Virus record (IMG/VR): IMGVR_UViG_3300023179_000090
Source of the DNA: an uncultured virus (IMG/VR IMGVR_UViG_3300023179_000090)
Lineage: Duplodnaviria > Heunggongvirae > Uroviricota > Caudoviricetes > Demerecviridae
DNA: 64,000 bases
Strand: one strand, 5' to 3'
Numbering within the stretch: position 1 is the stretch's first letter; each line of letters opens with the position of its first letter. This document shows, one piece after another, positions 14,224-23,661 of the stretch. Below the pieces are notes generated by a model. The model saw only the letters and a list, made by a program, of their open reading frames with translations. It made no database searches and was not told where the DNA came from. Position numbers and translations under genes: made by a program.

Positions 14224-15190
14224 TAATCTACCAGACCAAGTCAATGGAGTGGTTACTACCTATGCGAATTTGGCCAAGGTTGCACTTGGTCATGGTTATC
14301 TTATTGATTACTGTGATCCCTCTAGGTTCTACTATATTGATTGCCCTGGCTATAAAGAAGTCAAGCTTGCCTTACCTTACAAAATGGCCCAGGCGATTTC
14401 GTCGTCAGCTGCAGATTATTATCACATCGCCACAGAAGGTCCTGTTGGTCTTAGTGCTAGAGCATATCTTACAAGTCGTGGTATTAGGTATAATACTAGC
14501 TATCATACTAGATTTCCTGAAGGTCTGGACACTCTTTTAGGCATTCCACCCAATTTAACTTGGCGTTATATACGCTGGTTTCATAAACATAGTGGTCGTT
14601 GCTTAGCAACTACTCAAAGTGTTGCTAGTGAACTACAATCTCGTGGTATTGACAATGTTGTGTGTTGGACTCGTGGAGTTGATCAAATGTTATTCAACCC
14701 ACAACCACGCAACCCTAAACCTTATAAGACACTGTTATGTGTTAGTCGTGTTAGTCGTGAGAAAAGTTTAGAGCGTTTTTGTGAGCTCCAGATCCCAGGT
14801 ACCAAGAAGGTCCTAGTAGGAGACGGCCCACATCTTAATTATTTACGTAGTCACTATAGTGATGTAGAATTTGTGGGAATGAAACTAGGAGTAGAGTTAG
14901 CCGACTACTATCAACAAGCAGATGTGTTTGTGTTCCCCAGCCGTTGGGATACTTTTGGTATTGTTATGCTAGAAGCAATTGCCTGCGGCACGCCTATAGC
15001 AGCCTACCCCTGCAATGGACCACTAGATGTTGTTGAGTCGGGTGTTAATGGTTATTTGAATGAAGATTTAAGTTTAGCTGTTCAACAGTGTTTTAGTCTT
15101 AATAAAGCTAAGGTATACCTTTCAAGTACAAAGTGGACCTGGCAGCGTTGCTGGGAAATTTTTCACAACAATTTAGTGGAGCCACTATGA
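14198..15190 (+). CDS. GT4 family glycosyltransferase (Agt-like)
   Basis: TD...QVNGVV, HIATEGPVG, TSYHTRFPE, RVSREK, VGDGP and FVFPSRWDTFGIVMLEAIACGTP motifs. Confidence 0.9.
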   Translation: MKKILVITDNLPDQVNGVVTTYANLAKVALGHGYLIDYCDPSRFYYIDCPGYKEVKLALPYKMAQAISSSAADYYHIATEGPVGLSARAYLTSRGIRYNTSYHTRFPEGLDTLLGIPPNLTWRYIRWFHKHSGRCLATTQSVASELQSRGIDNVVCWTRGVDQMLFNPQPRNPKPYKTLLCVSRVSREKSLERFCELQIPGTKKVLVGDGPHLNYLRSHYSDVEFVGMKLGVELADYYQQADVFVFPSRWDTFGIVMLEAIACGTPIAAYPCNGPLDVVESGVNGYLNEDLSLAVQQCFSLNKAKVYLSSTKWTWQRCWEIFHNNLVEPL

Positions 15191-15660
15191 CAACTCATCT
15201 ACCAGCAGAAACTATTAGGATTAGTCCAGAAGCACTTGAAATAGCTAACTGCTACTTACAAGTGCAAGATGCACGTAAGGTTGCCAACGAACTAGACATA
15301 GACCAAGACATAGTAATAACTACACTAGCTCGTCGTGAGGTACGTGGCTATATTGATCAAGTATTTTTTGATACCGGCTACAACAACAAATTTTTAATGC
15401 GACGTGCCATGGACGCACTTATACAGCAAAAGTTTCAGGAGTTAGAGGAGTCGGGAGTTGGCAGCTCAAAAGACATTGCTGAACTGCTCAGCTTATCACA
15501 CAAAATGAGCATGGACCTACTAGATCGTGAAATTCAATTAGAAAAACTCAAGCAAGGTAGTAGTGGGCCGCAAAAGCAGGTAAATGTGCAAATCAATGAA
15601 GGTGATGGATCAAAGTACGGTCAATTAATACACAAACTAATTAGTGGTGATGGTGTATAA
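15187..15660 (+). CDS. terS: terminase small subunit (T5-like)
   Basis: ISPE...YL, EV..YI..VF...G, KFQELEESG.GSSKDI and HKM motifs; directly upstream of TerL. Confidence 0.8.
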   Translation: MTTHLPAETIRISPEALEIANCYLQVQDARKVANELDIDQDIVITTLARREVRGYIDQVFFDTGYNNKFLMRRAMDALIQQKFQELEESGVGSSKDIAELLSLSHKMSMDLLDREIQLEKLKQGSSGPQKQVNVQINEGDGSKYGQLIHKLISGDGV

Positions 15661-15717
15661 TGTTGTTCGCACTACTGTTAAGCATTTTAGCAACAATATT
15701 ATTAGTAGAAATTTTAC

Positions 15718-17010
15718 ATGCTAATCGTAAGTCGTGAAGATATAGACTGTGAACATATCACAGAGTTTGACCCTAGTAGTAGGTTTATTAAGCTACCTAT
15801 AGACAACTACTTAAAGCTCCTAAATCTCTACGATACGATAAATCGTCCACAGATTGCACTAATCAATAGTGTCAATAATCCTAAATATAGATTTATCTGT
15901 GCAGCACTTGCACGTAGACTAGGAAAAACTTATATAGCCAATGTGATCGGTCAATTGGTAACACTAGTACCAAATTGCAATGTACTTATTATTAGTCCAA
16001 ACTATAATCTTAGCAGCATTTCATTCGAGCTGCAGCGTAGGTTGATCAAACACTTTGACCTAGAAGTACAGCGTGATAATATTAAAGATCGTGTTATTGA
16101 ACTACAAAATGGTTCAACTATTAGAATGGGTTCAGTAGGCACAGTAGATTCAACAGTTGGCAGGTCGTACGATCTTATTATATTTGATGAAGCTGCTCTT
16201 AGTGAGCGTGGAGAAGAAGCATTTAATATTGCACTGCGCCCAACACTAGACAAGCCTCATGCTAAGGCCATATTTATTAGTACGCCACGCGGCAAAAACA
16301 ACTGGTTTAGTCGTTTTTGGCAGCGTGGATTTGATAGTAATTTTCCAGAGTGGTGTAGCTTGCAAGCTGACTATACAGAAAATGTTCGCATGGCTGAATC
16401 AGATGTGGAAGAGGCACGTCGTACGTTGCCTAAATCAGAGTTTGAGCAAGAATATATGGCTAGTTTTAGTAGCTATCTAGGACAAATTTACGAAGGCTTT
16501 AGTAGTGAGTATATCTTAGATGAGTTACCAGAAGGTTTACGTGGTGAAGCAATTGCTGGATGTGATCCAGGTTATCGAGATGCAACAGCTTGGGTTAATA
16601 TCATCTATGATCATAGTAGTGATAAATTCTACTGTGTTAGTGACTACTTAGAGTCAGAGCGTACCACTCGTGATCATGCACAAGCATTTCAGCAAATGAT
16701 AGATCATTGGCAAACATCAATAATATTTATTGATAGTGCAGCAGCACAGTTTGCATCGGATCTAGCTTACAACTACGATATAGCAACTACACGCGCTAAA
16801 AAAGATGTATTACCTGGTATTGCTTATGTGCAAACCATTATACAACAAGGCAGATTATTAGTACACAAAGATTGCCAACATGTACTAGCAATGTTAGATC
16901 AATATCGTTGGGATAATCGTGAAGGATTAACCAAAGAACGCCCTAAGCATGATGAATATAGTCACATAGCTGATGCCCTACGCTATGCACTGTACAGCTA
17001 TGTTATTTAG
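15718..17010 (+). CDS. terL: terminase large subunit
   Basis: Walker A RRLGKT, Walker B IIFDEAA, ISTP coupling motif, RNase H-like DPG and DALRYA. Confidence 0.95.
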   Translation: MLIVSREDIDCEHITEFDPSSRFIKLPIDNYLKLLNLYDTINRPQIALINSVNNPKYRFICAALARRLGKTYIANVIGQLVTLVPNCNVLIISPNYNLSSISFELQRRLIKHFDLEVQRDNIKDRVIELQNGSTIRMGSVGTVDSTVGRSYDLIIFDEAALSERGEEAFNIALRPTLDKPHAKAIFISTPRGKNNWFSRFWQRGFDSNFPEWCSLQADYTENVRMAESDVEEARRTLPKSEFEQEYMASFSSYLGQIYEGFSSEYILDELPEGLRGEAIAGCDPGYRDATAWVNIIYDHSSDKFYCVSDYLESERTTRDHAQAFQQMIDHWQTSIIFIDSAAAQFASDLAYNYDIATTRAKKDVLPGIAYVQTIIQQGRLLVHKDCQHVLAMLDQYRWDNREGLTKERPKHDEYSHIADALRYALYSYVI

Positions 17011-17028
17011 GGATAGTAAATTTAGCTA

Positions 17029-17058
17029 TTGACATTTAGGTGCCTTTTAGGCTATAAT
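17029..17058 (+). promoter_or_regulatory. late promoter candidate
   Basis: TTGACA-18 bp-TATAAT. Confidence 0.75.
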
Positions 17059-17081
17059 AGTGAAAATTGTAGAGGTAATTT

Positions 17082-17543
17082 GTGGCAATTAACACAAACA
17101 AAAGAATAGCTGTTAAGTGGATTAGGGATAAAGCTAAAAGTGCCTATGAAAAACAGTCTCAGTGCTATATATGTAAAAGTACTAGTGAATTAGAGTTGCA
17201 TCACCTACACTCAATAACTTGGTTACTTGAGTCATGGGCAAAGCGTAACAATATAGATATTAGTACTGATCAAGCTGTGTTAGCAATTCGTGATAGTTTT
17301 ATTAGTGAACACCATGAAGAAATATATGATCTTGTATATACCCTATGCAATCGTCATCATGTTCAACTGCATGGTATTTATGGCAAAAGTCCGCCACCTA
17401 GTTCAGTAATGAAGCAAAAACGTTGGATTGAGCTACAGTGTGAAAAACATATATCAGGTGACAGTAATTTTAGAGGTAGTAGCTATGGTTCCTATTTCTC
17501 ACAATTTTTAGGGGAAATAGATGGCGTTCGAAAAAATTCGTAG
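17082..17543 (+). CDS. HNH endonuclease (T5-type nicking endonuclease position)
   Basis: CYIC...LELHH...TLCNRHHVQLH; lies between terL and portal as in T5. Confidence 0.8.
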   Translation: MAINTNKRIAVKWIRDKAKSAYEKQSQCYICKSTSELELHHLHSITWLLESWAKRNNIDISTDQAVLAIRDSFISEHHEEIYDLVYTLCNRHHVQLHGIYGKSPPPSSVMKQKRWIELQCEKHISGDSNFRGSSYGSYFSQFLGEIDGVRKNS

Positions 17544-18705
17544 TTGGATAGTTGAAAAACTTAATCCAGCACAGTATAGTATACATACAGACGAAGGTAC
17601 AAACATAGGGTCACAAGCCCGCATTGTAAACTTTCGCAGTGCATTTAAAAATATTGATAGTGTTAATAGATCTATCAATATGGTAGTTAGCGCTTGCGCT
17701 AGCTTAGACTATGATATAAAAGATAAAGTACATGAAGGTGTTGTTAATGGCATGCGTCAAAAAACCTTAGCAACACTACTAAATTTTAGACCAAATCCTT
17801 ATCAAAGCGCCGTAGAATTTCGTACCGAACTATTTAAAGATATACTACTAGATGGCAATGCATTTGTGCATTTTGACGGTGCTTTTATGTATCATCTACC
17901 GGCTAACAATGTAGAAATTATCACAGATCCTAAAACGTATATTCGTGGCTTTCGCTATAATGGCAAAGTTGATTTTGGCGATAGTGAGGTATTCTACTTT
18001 AAAGACCTAAACGGTGATAGTATCTATCGTGGAGCTAGCCGACTAGAAGCTTGCTTAGAAAATATAAGCATACTTTACAGCATGCAAGAATTTCAGCAAA
18101 AGTTTTTTGATAATGGCACGATATTTGGACTAGTACTAACAACTGACAATACACTATCGCAGGTTGCCAAGGAAAAAACTATACAGTACTGGCAACAGAG
18201 ATACAATGCTAAAAGTGGTGGACGTCGTCCAATTATCTTGGACTCGGGATTAAAACCACAAAAATTAAGTGAGCAGAATTTTAGTGATTTAGACTTTGAT
18301 GTTGCTATGCGCACTCATAGTGAGCGCATAATGACTGCAGTAGGAGTTCCACCTATATTATTAAATGGTGGTAATAATGCTAATATATCTCCTAATCTTA
18401 GATTATTTTACTTAGAAACTGTTTTACCGCTAGTAAGATTATACAACAGCGCACTTGAAAGATATTTTGGCTATGATATAGCACCAGTTATTAGTAATGT
18501 TAGCGCATTGCAACCAGAACTAAAAGATGTTGCCAGCTATCATCAAACACTGGTAAATGGCGGTATTATAACACCAAATGAAGCCAGAGTAGAACTAAGG
18601 TATCCAACCATAGCAGGCGGAGATACCATAAGAATACCTGCTAATATAGCAGGTTCAGCAGCCAATCCATCCTTGGGTGGTAGGCCTAGTGAAAAGAAGG
18701 AGTAA
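17521..18705 (+). CDS. portal protein (HK97 type)
   Basis: LNFRPNPYQS, LLDGNAF, GVPPILL and GIITPNEAR motifs. Confidence 0.93.
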   Translation: MAFEKIRSWIVEKLNPAQYSIHTDEGTNIGSQARIVNFRSAFKNIDSVNRSINMVVSACASLDYDIKDKVHEGVVNGMRQKTLATLLNFRPNPYQSAVEFRTELFKDILLDGNAFVHFDGAFMYHLPANNVEIITDPKTYIRGFRYNGKVDFGDSEVFYFKDLNGDSIYRGASRLEACLENISILYSMQEFQQKFFDNGTIFGLVLTTDNTLSQVAKEKTIQYWQQRYNAKSGGRRPIILDSGLKPQKLSEQNFSDLDFDVAMRTHSERIMTAVGVPPILLNGGNNANISPNLRLFYLETVLPLVRLYNSALERYFGYDIAPVISNVSALQPELKDVASYHQTLVNGGIITPNEARVELRYPTIAGGDTIRIPANIAGSAANPSLGGRPSEKKE

Positions 18706-18706
18706 T

Positions 18707-20782
18707 ATGAAAACAAAACTGGAAAAATTACTCTATTTAAGCAGTAAGTTTACAGCTAGTACAGACTCTGATGATAGCATTTTTATTGAAGGATATGCTA
18801 GCACAGTAGACCGCGATCGTCAAGGTGATGTAATTCCCATGTCTGCATGGACACAGGGATTAAAAAATTACCTTAAAAATCCAATCATACTAGCCTATCA
18901 CAATCATCAGATGCCAATTGGTAAAATGGTTGAGCATAAGGTTACTGACCAGGGTTTGTGGATTAGAGCACAGATTCCTGCGGAAGTAGGTGACGTATAC
19001 AAACTGGTTAAAAAGGGTATATTAAGTGCATTTAGCGTAGGTTTTAGAGTACGTGATGCAGATTATGATCACGCTAGTGAATCGTTTTTGATTAAAGACC
19101 TAGAACTGCATGAAATCAGTGTAGTTTCAGTACCTGCAAATCAAAACACACTATTTAGTTTAGCCAAGGCATTTGACACTGCCGAAGATTTTGAGTCATT
19201 TAAACAGCAATTTGCACTAGCACCAAAGGCATCAGCTAAACAGCTAGATACCCCACGAGCAGCAAAAAGCACAACAAACGAGGAATGGGACATGGATCCA
19301 AAAGAATTAGAGAAATTATTAGCAGATGCTGCTGCTAAAGCTGCTGAACAAACTGCTAAAGCTGTGCTAGAAGCACAAACAAAAGCTGCTGAAGACGCAA
19401 AGCGTAAAGAAGCCGAAGAAGAAATGCTACAAGCTAAGATCAAGGCCGCAGTTAACGCCGTTGCTCCTACAGCCCCAGTAATTCAAACAGTTGATACAGG
19501 TGCAGAACGCCTCCTAGCAGACGTTGAAAAGCGCCTAGAAGATCAAGCCAATGAGCACAAGAGTGCTATTGAGAATCTACAAGCTGCTATCAAAGAAAAG
19601 GCCAAAGAGCTAGAGCAGCTACAAAACAAGAGTGGCGAAATTGAAGCTCTACAAAAGAGCCGTATGCAGTTTACTGAGCCCAAGCATGACGACGTTTCCT
19701 ACGAAGATAAGGAAAAGGCCGTTCTAATCAGTAAGATCATGCGCAAACAAATGCATGAAACCAAGTTTGGTAAGCAGTTACTAGAAAAAGCTGCTGCTAG
19801 CTTTGGTGCTTATGGTGGTACAACCGGTAGTGCACGTCTACCAGACCAGCGCTGGGAAGAAGAAGTTAGCACAAACATTCAAAACGAAATGCGCCGTCAG
19901 CTAGTAGTAACACCTACAATTCGTAGTATTGCTATGGCACAACCAGTTATGAAGATTCCTGTAAACCCAGAAGCAGGCGAAGCAACATGGGTTATTGGAG
20001 CAGGTGCTAGTGAGCGTTTAGTTTATAATACTAGTGCTAGTAGTGGAGACGCCGTTGTACATCAGCTAAAAGAAGTTACTCTAACAGCTTATAAACTAGC
20101 TACTAAAGAGTATATCGCATTTGAAGAAGATGAAGATGTACTACTTCCAATCCTACCTCTAGTACGTGATGCTATGGCACGTCGTATGGCTAAGAGTGTT
20201 GATAAAGCAATGCTACTAGGAGCCGCTGGAGCTGCAGACCCAATTAAAGGTCTAGCTACATACGATCCAGCCCTAGGTACAAGTGGTGATCCAACAGCTC
20301 CTCTAGTTACAATCAGCTTAGCTGGTAATGCAGATAGTACTGGTGCAGTTACAAGCAAGAAGTTTACTGTTGCCAAGGCAATGGAAGCTCGCCGTAACTT
20401 AGGTGCTTGGGGTCTAAATCCTAGCGAACTAATTATGTTTGTAAGCACACAAGCTTATTATGAACTAATGGAAGATAGTAACTTCCTAACAGTTGACAAA
20501 GCTGGTCCTGCTGCTACTCTATTTACAGGTCAAGTAGGTAGCGTTGGTAACACACCAGTTCTAGTTAGCTCAATGTTCCCAGCTGCAACAGCCGGTAATC
20601 CAGCTGCTGTAATTTTCAATCCAATGAACTTTATGGCTGGTACACACCGTGGTATGCGCGTTGACAGTGATGACGAAGTTATCAATCAGCGTAGCGTACT
20701 AGTTGCAAGTATGCGTATTGGTTTAACACAGCTATCAACAGTTGATGGCCAAGGTGTTGTAGCAGTTCGTTATATCGCTTAA
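18707..20782 (+). CDS. prohead protease fused in frame to the HK97-fold major capsid protein
   Basis: N-terminal IEGYAST..DRQGD, HNH..PIG, FSVGF and EISVVSVPAN; a coiled-coil delta-like domain; capsid-like C-terminal half; AAGGAG RBS before MKTKL. Confidence 0.9.
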   Translation: MKTKLEKLLYLSSKFTASTDSDDSIFIEGYASTVDRDRQGDVIPMSAWTQGLKNYLKNPIILAYHNHQMPIGKMVEHKVTDQGLWIRAQIPAEVGDVYKLVKKGILSAFSVGFRVRDADYDHASESFLIKDLELHEISVVSVPANQNTLFSLAKAFDTAEDFESFKQQFALAPKASAKQLDTPRAAKSTTNEEWDMDPKELEKLLADAAAKAAEQTAKAVLEAQTKAAEDAKRKEAEEEMLQAKIKAAVNAVAPTAPVIQTVDTGAERLLADVEKRLEDQANEHKSAIENLQAAIKEKAKELEQLQNKSGEIEALQKSRMQFTEPKHDDVSYEDKEKAVLISKIMRKQMHETKFGKQLLEKAAASFGAYGGTTGSARLPDQRWEEEVSTNIQNEMRRQLVVTPTIRSIAMAQPVMKIPVNPEAGEATWVIGAGASERLVYNTSASSGDAVVHQLKEVTLTAYKLATKEYIAFEEDEDVLLPILPLVRDAMARRMAKSVDKAMLLGAAGAADPIKGLATYDPALGTSGDPTAPLVTISLAGNADSTGAVTSKKFTVAKAMEARRNLGAWGLNPSELIMFVSTQAYYELMEDSNFLTVDKAGPAATLFTGQVGSVGNTPVLVSSMFPAATAGNPAAVIFNPMNFMAGTHRGMRVDSDDEVINQRSVLVASMRIGLTQLSTVDGQGVVAVRYIA

Positions 20783-20797
20783 TTTTATTAAGTTTAG

Positions 20798-20822
20798 GCA
20801 GGATTCGCAAGAGTCCTGCTTC
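20798..20822 (+). terminator. hairpin / terminator after the capsid gene
   Basis: GCAGGATTC-GCAA-GAGTCCTGC with a weak U tail. Confidence 0.6.
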
Positions 20823-20866
20823 TAAAGCTCACTTAGGTGGTCTTTAGAAGCAAACAGGAGTTTTAT

Positions 20867-21436
20867 ATGGCTATTGACTTAGTTACTAGAAATGAATACA
20901 AAAACTATTTAGGTATTACTAGTAGCAATAAGGATCAAGAAATTGATCTACTAATTCCTAAAGTTAGTAGTCTTGTAAAAACTTATTGCCGCAGAACATT
21001 TGTAGATCACTATAATGACCCTAAAACTGAAGTATTTGAGGGTGGCTTTGACAGGTTATATTTAAGAGAATATCCTGTTAGAGAAATATTATATGCTGAA
21101 ACTAGTACAGACTATGGTCAAACATATACTAATATGCAGCAGTATACAGACTGGGTACTAGATGGCGATAGTATAAGATCAATAAAAGATCCTTACTATT
21201 TTAAACCTTTAATCAAAGGTTATCAGATTACTTATTTAGGTGGTTATGAAGATCCACCTGAAGATCTTAAACTAGCAGTGCTCGACTTAGTAGAATACTA
21301 CTCAAAGAATAACAGTGCTGTGCATGTAAATCGTGATGTTACACCTAATGTAACACAAATACAGTATGTAGCTACTACAAACTTTCCTGCACATATTAAG
21401 CGCGTACTAGATCAGTACGTATCGGATTATGCATAA
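20867..21436 (+). CDS. head completion / head-tail connector protein
   Basis: YKNYLGI...DQEID.LI..VS..VK.YC.R and PEDLKLAVL motifs; position; CAGGAG RBS. Confidence 0.8.
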   Translation: MAIDLVTRNEYKNYLGITSSNKDQEIDLLIPKVSSLVKTYCRRTFVDHYNDPKTEVFEGGFDRLYLREYPVREILYAETSTDYGQTYTNMQQYTDWVLDGDSIRSIKDPYYFKPLIKGYQITYLGGYEDPPEDLKLAVLDLVEYYSKNNSAVHVNRDVTPNVTQIQYVATTNFPAHIKRVLDQYVSDYA

Positions 21437-23145
21437 TGTCAGATAAATTCGATAAAGCCGTTAAAGACGCAGCAAGTAGTGCTAATAAAAAAGCTGCTCG
21501 GCGAGTTAGTGAGCAGCGCACAAAGCTTAATGTTCGTCCACATTTTGTGCCTATTAATATAGGCGGCTTAGATATTTTAGAGTTTACTCTATCAGAGTAT
21601 ATTAAATTTCCAGACGATGTAGCTGAAAAGATTTTACAAGATCTTATAGCGGCCACTGAGAAAGAAATACAAAATATGCCTGAGTATAAGATTAAAGATG
21701 ATAAAACTAAATCTAATTGGCAAAATGCTCAACAAAAAATAGATAGATACTATAAAGACGAGGTAGAACCACTTAAAAGAAGGCAAAACTTACGTACTTT
21801 CAAAGATATTACTAATGCTTTCATAAAGTTTGCTAAAGATAAGCATAAAGGACGAATGATTTGGAAATCTGGACAAAATATACAAACAAGGTGGTCAGGA
21901 GTAGATGGTACACCACTAGTATTAAATAAACCAGATGGTAGTACAGATGTAAGTTTGTTTATAAATACTACTCCAGCAATTGTATATAAAAATTCAGTTA
22001 GCGACAGTAATATTATAGGTATTATGTATAGCAGCTATAATGCTGCTGGCAGTGGAATATTTACACCATTCTTTAATAACATATTAGGCAAATCGCCTGG
22101 CCCAGGATTTCCCAGCATATTTCAGATAACTGATGACTATGTTAAGAAGATCGCTGCGGCACAGGAAAAAACAGAAGAGTTTATTAGAACTAATCTTGGC
22201 ATAGATATTGGACACTTAGCAGGTACTAGTCAAGCTATACGAACAGCATTACAGCAAAAATTTAGTGATCTTATAGACTATGTAAATACTAGTTTAGCTA
22301 GCGGAAAAATAACTGAAGAAAAAGCTGGCGAGTATATAGGTGTAATAAATTCGTTAAATAGTCAGCTATTAAATGATCCAGAAGTAACTTATGGTAAAAG
22401 AGTACAACAAGCACTAGATATAGAAGTAGGACTAGAAATTGCTTTAAACGAAGTTAATGCTTTAATAGTAGTACCACAAGAGCGATATGAAAATCAATAT
22501 TTCTTTGGTACATTAAAAGAAGCATTTCTAGAAAGACAGCTGCCAGATGAACTGGTGAACAAACGGCTATCACCATCACTACTAGATCATGTAACTAATT
22601 TAATAAAAAGTACTATACTAACAGGTAGAAGTAATCCTGTAGCTGCTAAACGGGCTAAACTAAAATTTAAAGTACCTAAAGTTAATTTAAGTAGTACTGG
22701 ATTAAATGTAACTGCTGGTAGCAGAGAGAAAAAAATAGCTACAAATAATTTGCCGAATATTACTACTGGTAGTAGCACTAAGCCTAGGGCAGTTACAGAA
22801 AAGCCAGTAGAGCTACCTATATCTCCAGTAAATATTGCAAACTTAATAAATCTTAGCTTAGCCGAAGTTATTAAAAGCAATATGGGCACTGGTACTCGCA
22901 AGGATATACTTAACTTGCGTAGCGGTAGATTTGCAGAAACTGTGCGAGTAGAAAATGTTACAGAGAGTCGCAGAGGAGCTATTACTGCATTTTATACTTA
23001 TATGCGTAATCCATACGCAACTTTTAGTCAAGGTGGTAAGCAGCAATATCCTAGAACTAGAGACCCTAAACTGCTAATAAGCAAGTCAATTAGACAAATT
23101 GCACAGCAGTTAAAAATACAACAACTAAGGGCTGTAGAATTATGA
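21436..23145 (+). CDS. tail completion / neck protein (T5 p143 position), extended
   Basis: Synteny; C-terminal LNLRSGRFAETV...YTYMRNPY.TF...RDPK.LISKSIR. Confidence 0.55.
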   Translation: MSDKFDKAVKDAASSANKKAARRVSEQRTKLNVRPHFVPINIGGLDILEFTLSEYIKFPDDVAEKILQDLIAATEKEIQNMPEYKIKDDKTKSNWQNAQQKIDRYYKDEVEPLKRRQNLRTFKDITNAFIKFAKDKHKGRMIWKSGQNIQTRWSGVDGTPLVLNKPDGSTDVSLFINTTPAIVYKNSVSDSNIIGIMYSSYNAAGSGIFTPFFNNILGKSPGPGFPSIFQITDDYVKKIAAAQEKTEEFIRTNLGIDIGHLAGTSQAIRTALQQKFSDLIDYVNTSLASGKITEEKAGEYIGVINSLNSQLLNDPEVTYGKRVQQALDIEVGLEIALNEVNALIVVPQERYENQYFFGTLKEAFLERQLPDELVNKRLSPSLLDHVTNLIKSTILTGRSNPVAAKRAKLKFKVPKVNLSSTGLNVTAGSREKKIATNNLPNITTGSSTKPRAVTEKPVELPISPVNIANLINLSLAEVIKSNMGTGTRKDILNLRSGRFAETVRVENVTESRRGAITAFYTYMRNPYATFSQGGKQQYPRTRDPKLLISKSIRQIAQQLKIQQLRAVEL

Positions 23146-23582
23146 GTAAGAGAACATCAATCTTAAAAGCCCTTGCTGAAAAGTTTAAAACTATAGATGG
23201 CTATACACCATACATAACCAACCTGCAAGGCAACAGTTTTGCAAAATTAAAATTTTGGGACGAAGTACAAGACTTTCCAAGTGTGTATTTAACTCCAGGA
23301 ACAGAAACCAGACAATATCATCCCAGTGGGTTTGAGTGGGGATTTTTACGAGTATGCGTAAAAGTTTACTGTAAAAGTGAAGATGAGGCACAAGAGCAAT
23401 TAGAAGAACTGCTAAGTGATCTAGAAACTTGCATAGATCGTAATCGCAGACTAGTTTATGATACAACCAACAACTATGAAACAACAGAAATATTAATAGA
23501 CTCAATAACTACGGACGAGGGATTGTTAGCCCCCTATGCAGTTGGCGAGATATACTTACAGGTCCGATACCAGGTCATGTAA
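23142..23582 (+). CDS. tail terminator protein (T5 p142-like)
   Basis: Synteny; KFWDEVQDFP.V and SITTDEGLLAPY motifs. Confidence 0.75.
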   Translation: MSKRTSILKALAEKFKTIDGYTPYITNLQGNSFAKLKFWDEVQDFPSVYLTPGTETRQYHPSGFEWGFLRVCVKVYCKSEDEAQEQLEELLSDLETCIDRNRRLVYDTTNNYETTEILIDSITTDEGLLAPYAVGEIYLQVRYQVM

Positions 23583-23661
23583 GCAACCGTACCAAAACAG
23601 CCTATACAGATAAATGTCTAGTTATGGCTATAGTGGTACATAAACTATAGGGATAATTGAT

